Assembly: GCA_034370385.1 (NCBI GenBank) | Contig: JAXMKZ010000044.1 | Coordinates: 44,562 to 108,561, forward strand | Direction of reading: 5' to 3' | Length of the DNA: 64,000 nucleotides | Origin: Coriobacteriia bacterium | GTDB taxonomy: Bacteria; Actinomycetota; Coriobacteriia; Anaerosomatales; PHET01 | In this document: piece after piece, positions 21,118-28,157 of the stretch | How the letters are laid out: each line of letters starts with the position of its first letter | Numbering within the stretch: the first letter of the stretch is position 1 | Made by a program: the position numbers and the translations under genes | The notes under the pieces: generated by a model | The model's input: only the letters and a program-made list of their open reading frames with translations | What the model was told of the DNA's origin: nothing | The model's database searches: none

Positions 21118-21214
21118 CTACGAATGACAGACTCTGAGGGGCGGCGTCAGGGGTGGCTCGACTATACTTCGGGGCGTGGCTTCAGCGCCCTCGCCGTCGA
21201 AAGGGACTTCCGAC

Positions 21215-22855
21215 GTGAACTGGGTACTCATTCCGGCCCGCAGGGGATCCAAGGGCGTGCCGGGCAAGAATACGCGTCTGCTCGCAGGAGTACCGCTCAT
21301 CACCTACGCGTACGCGGCGGCCGCGCGCGCATTCGGCGCGGAGGCGATCGTCGTGAGCACCGACGAGCCTGCGGTCGCGCGCCTGGCGCCGGACGGCGCG
21401 ACGGTTATCGAGCGCCCTGCGGGCCTGGCGGGTGACGCCACCACGCTCGATGAGGTTGCCACAGCGGTCGCGCGCGAGTTGATCTCGCGCGGCGCGTTGG
21501 CCGACGACGTCCTGCTCACCGTGCAGCCGACGAGTCCCTTCATCGAGCCCGACTCGCTGCGGCGGGCCGCGGCCATGATGCATGACGGCGCCGGCAGCGT
21601 GCTGTCGGTGACCGACGACAGGCACCTGCGCTGGACGCTCGTCGACGGAGTGGCTGAACCGCTGTTCACCGAGCGGGTGAACCGCCAGTGGCTCGCGCCC
21701 ACGTTCGCCGAGACCGGTGGCGTGATCGCCGCCCGCCTCGGAGCGGTCGCCGAGCAGGGCACGCGGATCCTCGAGCCCGTCGAGTTGCTCGAGCTGGACG
21801 CGGTCGAGGCACTCGACATCGATACCTTCGCCGATTGGGCTGTGGCCGAGCACTTCGCCGCACGACGCTCGATCGTGATCCGCGCCGATGGTGCGCCCAC
21901 GCTTGGCATGGGGCACGTCTACCGCGCTCTTGCCCTCGAGCACGCGCTCGCAGCACACGACCTGGTCATCGTCACGCGCGGCGACGGCGACCATGCCCTG
22001 GGAGCGGACTTCCTCGAAGGCGCGTCGTCGCGCGTTGTTCGAATCGCCGACGAGGAGGCATTCTTCGCGCTGCTCGCCGAGCGGGAGCCCGACGTCGTCG
22101 TGCTCGACATCCTCGACACCGAGCGCGCCTACGTCGAGCGCGTGAAGGCGCACGCGGGCTGGACCGTATGCATCGAGGACCTTGGCGAAGGCTCACACGT
22201 CGCCGACCTCGTCATCAACGATCTATACACCGACTTCTATCCGCGCGAGAACCACTGGTACGGCGTGCAGTACGCGCTGCTTGGCCCGCAGTTCGAGGCG
22301 ACCCCGGCCCGCGAGGGTGTGGCGTCGGAGGTGCAGCGCGTGCTCGTCACCTTCGGGGGCAGCGATCCGTGCGATCTGACGCGCCTCGCCCTGAGCGCGC
22401 TGGCCCAGTGCGCCTTCGCCGGCGAGATCGTGTGCGTGCTCGGCCCCGGCTACTCGCATGACGACTTCGAGCTTGCGGAGTTCGGTTTGACCGGAAGCGT
22501 GCACCGGGCCGCCACCAACCTCGCCGAGATCATGCATGACAGCGACATCGCGCTCACGTCGGCCGGTCGTACCGTCACCGAGCTCATGACGCAAGGCGTG
22601 CCCACCCTCGCGCTGTGCCAGAACGAGCGCGAACTCACGCACACGCACGCCTCGGGTCCGTTCGGCGTGATGAACCTGGGCTTGGGCGCCCATGTGACCG
22701 TCGACGGGCTGGCCGGCCACCTCGCCGTGCTCATGGAAGACGAACGCCTGCGCCGGTCGATGCACGACCGCATGCGCAAGGCCGTGGCCGAGAGGTCGAA
22801 CCACGCCATCGCCGAGATGATCCTAGCCTCCGCATCCGAACGAGGAGACGCATGA
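21215..22855 (+). CDS. Fused CMP-nonulosonate cytidylyltransferase-like (N-terminal) and PseG/SpsG-like UDP-sugar hydrolase/glycosyltransferase (C-terminal) protein
   Basis: Frame of ORF 21176-22855, probable GTG 21215. N-terminal VLIPARRGSKGVPGKNTRLLAGVPLI (NeuA/CTP_transf_3 signature). Central IVIRADGAPTLGMGHVYRALALEHAL and later VLVTFGGSDP (PseG-like). Confidence 0.75.
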   Translation: MNWVLIPARRGSKGVPGKNTRLLAGVPLITYAYAAAARAFGAEAIVVSTDEPAVARLAPDGATVIERPAGLAGDATTLDEVATAVARELISRGALADDVLLTVQPTSPFIEPDSLRRAAAMMHDGAGSVLSVTDDRHLRWTLVDGVAEPLFTERVNRQWLAPTFAETGGVIAARLGAVAEQGTRILEPVELLELDAVEALDIDTFADWAVAEHFAARRSIVIRADGAPTLGMGHVYRALALEHALAAHDLVIVTRGDGDHALGADFLEGASSRVVRIADEEAFFALLAEREPDVVVLDILDTERAYVERVKAHAGWTVCIEDLGEGSHVADLVINDLYTDFYPRENHWYGVQYALLGPQFEATPAREGVASEVQRVLVTFGGSDPCDLTRLALSALAQCAFAGEIVCVLGPGYSHDDFELAEFGLTGSVHRAATNLAEIMHDSDIALTSAGRTVTELMTQGVPTLALCQNERELTHTHASGPFGVMNLGLGAHVTVDGLAGHLAVLMEDERLRRSMHDRMRKAVAERSNHAIAEMILASASERGDA

Positions 22856-23922
22856 TGTACGCACCCACGCTGGAGATCGCCGGCAAGGTGGTCGGACCCG
22901 GCCACGAGCCGTTCACCATCGCCGAAGTCGGTGTCCATCACGGCAACAGCATGGAGCTGGCGAAGGCCTACGTCCTGGCGGCCAAGGTCGCGGGCGTCGA
23001 CGCCGTGAAGTTCCAGACGTACTCGGCTGACCGTCTCGCCGCGACGTGGGCACCCACGTACTGGAACGACGGCTCCGGCCGCACGCAGCACGACATCTTC
23101 GCCGAGCGCAGCCTGCTTACCGAGGCCGACTACACCGAGCTGTTTGCCTACGCGGCGGACCTCGGCGTGCTGTTCCTGTCGACGCCGTTCGACACCGACG
23201 CCGCTGCGATGCTGGGCTCCATGGGCATGGCGGCCTTCAAGATCGCTTCTGCCGACATCACCGACCTGCCGCTTCTCAGGGCGGTCGCCGCCTACGGGCG
23301 CCCCGTGCTCATGTCGACGGGCGCCTCGACGCTCGACGAGGTCGCGGTCGCGGTCGAGACCGTGCGCGCCGCCGGTGCACCCGTCGGGCTGCTGCATTGC
23401 TCGCTGTCGTACCCGACCGCCGTGCCCGACGCCAACCTCGGGCGCCTGCGCACTCTGGCCGCGCGCTTCGACGGCGTCGTGCTGGGCTACTCGGACCACA
23501 CGCAGCCGCAGGACTCCGAGCTCACGTGTCCGCTCGCCGTCGCGCTGGGCGCATCGATCATCGAGAAACACTTCACGCTCAACAAGGCGCTGCTGGGCGA
23601 CGACCACTACCACGCTGTCGACGCCGAGGGACTCGCGCGTCTCGTCAAGAACTGCCGCGAGGCGTACCTCATGTCGCAGGACCTTGGCGAGATGACCGAG
23701 GCCGAGCAGGCCGCCCGTTCGTTCGCCCGCCGCAGCATCGTCGCGGCGCGCCCGCTGGCGGCAGGCACGGTGCTCGCCGAGTCCGATGTCGACTTCAAGC
23801 GGCCTGGCACCGGGGTCTCGCCCGCTCGCTTGGCCGAGGTGCTCGGCCGCCGTCTGGCGCGCGACCTGGCAGCCGACGACCTCGTGCAGCTCGAGGACCT
23901 CGACACGGCGGGCGGTGCATAA
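22852..23922 (+). CDS. NeuB-family nonulosonic acid (sialic/pseudaminic/legionaminic-type) synthase
   Basis: Frame of ORF 22615-23922. ATG 22852 overlaps the upstream TGA (ATGA). EPFTIAEVGVHHGNSMELAKAYVLAAKVAGVDAVKFQTY, GYSDHT, and a C-terminal SAF domain (RRSIVAARPLAAGTVLAESDVDFKRPGTG). Confidence 0.88.
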   Translation: MMYAPTLEIAGKVVGPGHEPFTIAEVGVHHGNSMELAKAYVLAAKVAGVDAVKFQTYSADRLAATWAPTYWNDGSGRTQHDIFAERSLLTEADYTELFAYAADLGVLFLSTPFDTDAAAMLGSMGMAAFKIASADITDLPLLRAVAAYGRPVLMSTGASTLDEVAVAVETVRAAGAPVGLLHCSLSYPTAVPDANLGRLRTLAARFDGVVLGYSDHTQPQDSELTCPLAVALGASIIEKHFTLNKALLGDDHYHAVDAEGLARLVKNCREAYLMSQDLGEMTEAEQAARSFARRSIVAARPLAAGTVLAESDVDFKRPGTGVSPARLAEVLGRRLARDLAADDLVQLEDLDTAGGA

Positions 23923-23925
23923 GAC

Positions 23926-25047
23926 GTGCTCGTCGTCCTCTCCGGCGCCAAGAAGAACATCGGCGACTTCCTGATCGTCGATCGCGCGTGCAAGCTCATC
24001 GAGTCGATCCTCGGCGAGGAGATCGTGGTGCTGCCGAGGTGGAAGTCGCTCGACGCGCACGAAGAGACCGTCGCCAAGGCGCGGGCGGTCGTCGTGGGCG
24101 GTGGCCCGGGCGTGCTGCCGTCGATGTATCCGCAGATCTACCCGCTGTTCAGCGACCCGGGGAAGCTTCGTGAGCTCGGCGTGCCGTTGCGGCTGCTGGG
24201 TGTCGGTTGGTTTGCCAGCCGCGGTGATGCCGCCGAGATGCGCCGCTTCGCATGGACGCCCGAAACCAAAGCATTCCTCGACACGATAGGCGATGCGCTC
24301 GCCGTATCCACGCGCGATGCGGTCACGCGGCGCCTGCTGCTGGCCAAGGGGCTCTCCGACGTCACGATGTCGGGCTGCCCGGTCTTCTACGATCTGCGTC
24401 ACCTGGGCGAGCCGTACCGACGCCCGGCGGACGTGAAGACTGTCGTCTACACGACGCCGCAGAGTCCCCGCTTCACCGATCAGAACCTTCAGCTGCTACG
24501 CGCCGTCATCGAGCGCTTCCCGGGTGCGAAGGTCATTGCCGCGTTCCATCGCGGTCTGGCCGCTGATGAGTTCACCACGCCCGCCGAGGCCGAGCGCTTC
24601 GGCGAGATGGCGAGGCGGTGTGCCGAGCTCGGCGCCGAGGTGCGCGACGTCTCCTACGACCTCGACAACATCGCCTTCTACGATGACTGCGACTTCCACA
24701 TCGGCTACCGCGTGCACGCCCACCTGCGTTTCATCTCGGGCCGCAAGCCGTCCGTGCTTCTCGAAGAGGACGGCAGGGGGCGCGGCTTCGCCGAGGTGCT
24801 GCCAGCCCCGTCGATCCGCGCATGGACGATCCCGTCGCTGGGCCGCGCTCTGCTGCCGGCCCTGCCGTATGCGCCGCGTCGGCTGGAGAGGCGCTTCTCG
24901 CGCATCGAGGCCGCACCGGACACCGTCGAGCGGACGATGGTGGCGGTTGACGCCTTCATCGCCGGCGATGACGCGCCCTACGAGCGCGCCGTCGAAGCGA
25001 TCGAGGCCACGTATCCGGTGATGAAGGGGTTCATCGAGCGGGTGTAG
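23926..25047 (+). CDS. Polysaccharide pyruvyl transferase family protein
   Basis: 373 aa. N-terminal MLVVLSGAKKNIGDFLIVDRA and central FHIGYRVHAHL pattern typical of CsaB/WcaK-type pyruvyl transferases. Assigned by motif recall only. Confidence 0.65.
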   Translation: MLVVLSGAKKNIGDFLIVDRACKLIESILGEEIVVLPRWKSLDAHEETVAKARAVVVGGGPGVLPSMYPQIYPLFSDPGKLRELGVPLRLLGVGWFASRGDAAEMRRFAWTPETKAFLDTIGDALAVSTRDAVTRRLLLAKGLSDVTMSGCPVFYDLRHLGEPYRRPADVKTVVYTTPQSPRFTDQNLQLLRAVIERFPGAKVIAAFHRGLAADEFTTPAEAERFGEMARRCAELGAEVRDVSYDLDNIAFYDDCDFHIGYRVHAHLRFISGRKPSVLLEEDGRGRGFAEVLPAPSIRAWTIPSLGRALLPALPYAPRRLERRFSRIEAAPDTVERTMVAVDAFIAGDDAPYERAVEAIEATYPVMKGFIERV

Positions 25048-25129
25048 GGGGACCTGCCGTGGCAGGAAGCCGCAGCCTTGTGCCGAAGAGTCCGCTCAAC
25101 TTCGATGTGAGATTACGGGGAATCGGCTC

Positions 25130-25519
25130 ATGGGACCGGCTGCGATCGACGAGATGCGGAGTGCCGGTTATGTCGTCCTGTTACTGGCAAGCGGCTGGTC
25201 GGTGACGTGGTGGGTGCACAAGCGTGAGTCCGCCTCACGGTTCGCGATTCCGGCAGGACTCCTGGTGTCCTTGCTCGTCGGCGCTGCGCTGGACTTCGTC
25301 GAGGGCGGCTCCACGGTTCTCGATTCGTTCGTGAACGCCTTTTCCAGCCCCTACTGGCGAGTCGTAATCGTGCCGGGCATCGTTGCGGCCGGGGCGACGC
25401 TGTACTCACGCAAGCGGTCGGGCTGTCGCTACATCGGTGTCGGCCTCTTGGCCGCCGGCATCGGCTGGCTGATCCTTCTGCTGGTCTCTCTATTGGTCGT
25501 GCGCCCTGCTGGGTGGTGA
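25130..25519 (+). CDS. Small integral membrane protein, unknown function
   Basis: 129 aa with about 4 hydrophobic segments. No recognisable motif. Overlaps the next ORF by 7 nt (GTGGTGA). Confidence 0.5.
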   Translation: MGPAAIDEMRSAGYVVLLLASGWSVTWWVHKRESASRFAIPAGLLVSLLVGAALDFVEGGSTVLDSFVNAFSSPYWRVVIVPGIVAAGATLYSRKRSGCRYIGVGLLAAGIGWLILLLVSLLVVRPAGW

Positions 25520-25779
25520 TATTGCAGGCAGAGGTGATGCTTGCTATCGCTGGGGGGTGGCTTGCCCTGCTGGGCCTCGTGCAGCCCAAGGGGCCATGGG
25601 CACGCGTTGCACTTCTGAGCCTGCGTATCGTGCTCACCGCATTGGCCGTGTGGATGATTGCGCTCTTGCCGACCGGGGTCGCTGACACGTGGATCGTGGT
25701 CTTGGCCGTCGTTGTGGCTGCACTGAAGCTCGCGGGGTCCATCATCACTGCACGGCTCTTGCGTACCGCAACACCTTGA
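25513..25779 (+). CDS. Small integral membrane protein, unknown function
   Basis: 88 aa with about 3 hydrophobic segments. Translationally coupled to the preceding ORF. Confidence 0.45.
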   Translation: MVILQAEVMLAIAGGWLALLGLVQPKGPWARVALLSLRIVLTALAVWMIALLPTGVADTWIVVLAVVVAALKLAGSIITARLLRTATP

Positions 25780-25951
25780 TTCTGCCGCACCCGGACCTTG
25801 GGCTGTTGGGGCCAAGACGGTCTTCCGCCCGGATGGCCAGGTTCACACAGGCAGAGCGGCCACCGCGTCTCGGTCCGCGTGCTCTGCAGCGTGGAATGGT
25901 CGTTCACTACCGCGTCGGTGAGAAATCGGTCGCGGGGCGCGGTCCACACCG

Positions 25952-25980
25952 CTTGACGCATAACTTGACAGATGCTTGAC
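25952..25980 (+). repeat. Three phased direct CTTGAC repeats immediately upstream of the fic start (function unknown)
   Basis: CTTGAC at 25952, 25964 and 25975 (spacing 12 and 11 nt). The last copy ends 8 nt before ATG 25988. No SD is visible. Confidence 0.7.
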
Positions 25981-25987
25981 TGAAAAC

Positions 25988-27022
25988 ATGTCCTACTCGC
26001 CTTCTTTCGACATCACTCCGCAGCTGCTCGGCACGATCGAGGAGGTCGCCGTGCTTCGGCAGCAGATCGCCGACGCATCGGTCGAGCTCGCGTGGATCCC
26101 CGCGCTGCAGAAGGACAGTCGGATGCGCAACACGCACGCATCCACCGCGATCGAGGGCAATCCACTCACTCTGCCGGAGGTCCGCGCGATCGCCGACGAC
26201 ACGGCGCCACCGGCCCGGCTACCCCGCTCTCGCCAGGAAGTGGTGAACTACCTTGCCGGCCTGCGCTACATCGAGCAGCACGCCGATGCCGCGCGCATCA
26301 CCGAGGATTCGGTTCTGCAACTGCATCGGATCCTCGCCTCGGACGTCATGGATCAGGGGTTTCCCGGCGAGTACCGCTCGATTAGCGTGCAGGTCGGCAG
26401 GCACCGTCCGCCCAGCCCCGAAGCGGTGTCACAGCTCACGCGTGAGCTCATCGACTGGTGGAACGGCCCGTCGCGAGAGCTCTCGCCGGTGCTGACCTCA
26501 GCGGTCGTGCACTATCGGCTTGAGGCGATCCACCCCTTCGCCGACTGCAACGGTCGGATCGGACGGACCCTGGCGCTCTGGGAGCTGTACCGTCGCGGGT
26601 TCGACACTCACCACATCTTCTCGGTCGACGAATTCTACTGGCAGGGTCGCGAGCGCTACTACGCTGAGCTCTCGAAGGTCGACGCGTCGGACGGCGAACT
26701 GACGAGCTGGCTGGAGTACGCGGCGGCCGGCATTCGCGCAACGCTCGAGGCCGTGCTGGACCGGATTCGGCGAGCGGGCGGCGAGGATGGTGTCCGCATC
26801 GCGCTCAGGCCGAAGCAGGAGCGCCTCCTACAGATGCTCAGTGCCGCCGGCAGTATGGCCCCCCGCGAGATATGGGAGGCGCTCGCCATATCCCGGCAAG
26901 GTGCGATGGATCTGCTGAACCCCCTCGTCGATGCAGGGCTCGTCGAGAAGGTCGGGACGCGGAAGACGGGCCGGTATCGGCTGCGGAGCGTAGGTTCTGA
27001 GGGCTCGGGGCAGGATCGCTGA
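25988..27022 (+). CDS. Fic family protein (class II, with N-terminal inhibitory motif and C-terminal winged helix)
   Basis: Frame of ORF 25976-27022. Inhibitory-helix motif STAIEGN ((S/T)xxxE(G/N)). Active-site HPFADCNGRIGR, where the canonical HPFx(D/E)GNGRxxR has G replaced by C. C-terminal wHTH ...REIWEALAISRQGAMDLLNPLVDAGLVEKVG. Confidence 0.9.
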   Translation: MSYSPSFDITPQLLGTIEEVAVLRQQIADASVELAWIPALQKDSRMRNTHASTAIEGNPLTLPEVRAIADDTAPPARLPRSRQEVVNYLAGLRYIEQHADAARITEDSVLQLHRILASDVMDQGFPGEYRSISVQVGRHRPPSPEAVSQLTRELIDWWNGPSRELSPVLTSAVVHYRLEAIHPFADCNGRIGRTLALWELYRRGFDTHHIFSVDEFYWQGRERYYAELSKVDASDGELTSWLEYAAAGIRATLEAVLDRIRRAGGEDGVRIALRPKQERLLQMLSAAGSMAPREIWEALAISRQGAMDLLNPLVDAGLVEKVGTRKTGRYRLRSVGSEGSGQDR

Positions 27023-27050
27023 GCCTGGCCCTCGCGCGTGGCAACCCCAC

Positions 27051-27767
27051 ATGGACGCCACGATGGCGTCGACCGGTGCGATTGACTTTACAATAGGTAT
27101 GGTTCACTTTACTCGCATGAGATCTACCTACCCCATAGAGGCGATCCTTGGCAACAGGAGTCGCGTGCGGGTGCTGCGCATCCTTCATGGCGTGAGCGTT
27201 CCGCTGAATGCGACCCAGATCGCGCAGCTTGCCCATCTCACCAAAGTCGCTGTCGGCAACGCGCTGTCGGAACTCTCAGCGATGGGGCTTGTGCAATCGA
27301 CCCCAGTCGGACGCTCCAAGGCACACATGCTCGTCAGGGACAATGTGTACGTGGAACGTATCGTATCGCCGGTCTTTGAGGCTGAGCATGCGCTGCCGAG
27401 CCTCATCGAGGAGGAACTGGTCGGTCTCTTCGCGAACACCACGGTGTCCATTGTCTTGTTCGGGAGTCAGGCACGCGGCGAACAGGGCGAGGACAGCGAT
27501 GTGGATGTAGTCCTGGTATCAGCTCGCGAAACCCACGCTGCGGTGGAGCGAATCCTCGATGAGCAGAGCGTGCGCTTTCGCAGACGCTTCGGGGCGACGC
27601 TTTCGGCGCTCGTGTATACGACTGACGAAGCGGGTGAGCTTCATCTCAGGGCCCCGGCCTTGTTCGAGTCGATAAGTCGTGATGCCATCGTCGTGGCCGG
27701 AGTGGGACCTAAGGAGTGGGCGGGACTTGCCGAAGAAGGTCGAGACACGCGGTGTCGACAGAGCTGA
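27051..27767 (+). CDS. wHTH-fused minimal nucleotidyltransferase (MNT-type antitoxin-like)
   Basis: 238-aa ORF. The true start may be ATG 27117. MarR-like wHTH (RVLRILHGVSVPLNATQIAQLAHLTKVAVGNALSELSAMGLV) plus NTase motif LFGSQARGEQGEDSDVDVV (GSx10-11DxD). Confidence 0.8.
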   Translation: MDATMASTGAIDFTIGMVHFTRMRSTYPIEAILGNRSRVRVLRILHGVSVPLNATQIAQLAHLTKVAVGNALSELSAMGLVQSTPVGRSKAHMLVRDNVYVERIVSPVFEAEHALPSLIEEELVGLFANTTVSIVLFGSQARGEQGEDSDVDVVLVSARETHAAVERILDEQSVRFRRRFGATLSALVYTTDEAGELHLRAPALFESISRDAIVVAGVGPKEWAGLAEEGRDTRCRQS

Positions 27768-28146
27768 GGCTCGCAACGCGCTGCTGAAGGCAAGCGAGAT
27801 GAACACAGCCGCTGCTTCCGAGCTTGCGAGCGGTCGCTGGAACTCCGCGGGTCTGAACGCGGTGCACGCGGGGATCTGTGCGGCGGACTCTGCACTGATC
27901 GCCTCGGAGACCATCCGGAGCGCATCCCAGGACCATGGTGTGGTGATGGCGCTTCTGGAGGAGCTGGTTCCGGAGTTCGCCGCGACGCAGCGGCGCCAGC
28001 TTGGTGGCCTGCTCAAGATGAAGAACGTCGTCGCATACGAGCAGCGCCTGCTGAACGAGGTCGAAGCGAGGCAGATGGTGGACCAGGCGAACCGCTTGAC
28101 CAGATGGGCATCGGCGCTGATCGCCGACCGGCTTTCTGGCGGATAG
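27679..28146 (+). CDS. HEPN domain protein (toxin-like partner of the MNT)
   Basis: 155-aa ORF overlapping the MNT 3' end. Alternative TTG start at 27727. Helical, with Rx4-6H motif RSASQDH. Classic MNT-HEPN gene order. Confidence 0.7.
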   Translation: MMPSSWPEWDLRSGRDLPKKVETRGVDRAEARNALLKASEMNTAAASELASGRWNSAGLNAVHAGICAADSALIASETIRSASQDHGVVMALLEELVPEFAATQRRQLGGLLKMKNVVAYEQRLLNEVEARQMVDQANRLTRWASALIADRLSGG

Positions 28147-28157
28147 CGCCCGCCCCG

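Noticed and set aside
22450-24402. 650-aa ORF on the minus strand spanning the NeuB and pyruvyl-transferase region
   Set aside because: It is antisense to genes with clear family motifs. The translation is Arg/Gly/His-rich with no motif. This is the typical shadow ORF of GC-rich DNA.
25128-25961. 277-aa minus-strand ORF opposite the two small membrane-protein ORFs
   Set aside because: The translation is Pro/Arg/Ser-rich and low in complexity. The plus-strand ORFs have coherent TM segments and a coupled overlap. The plus-strand calls are only moderately confident, so this rejection is not absolute.
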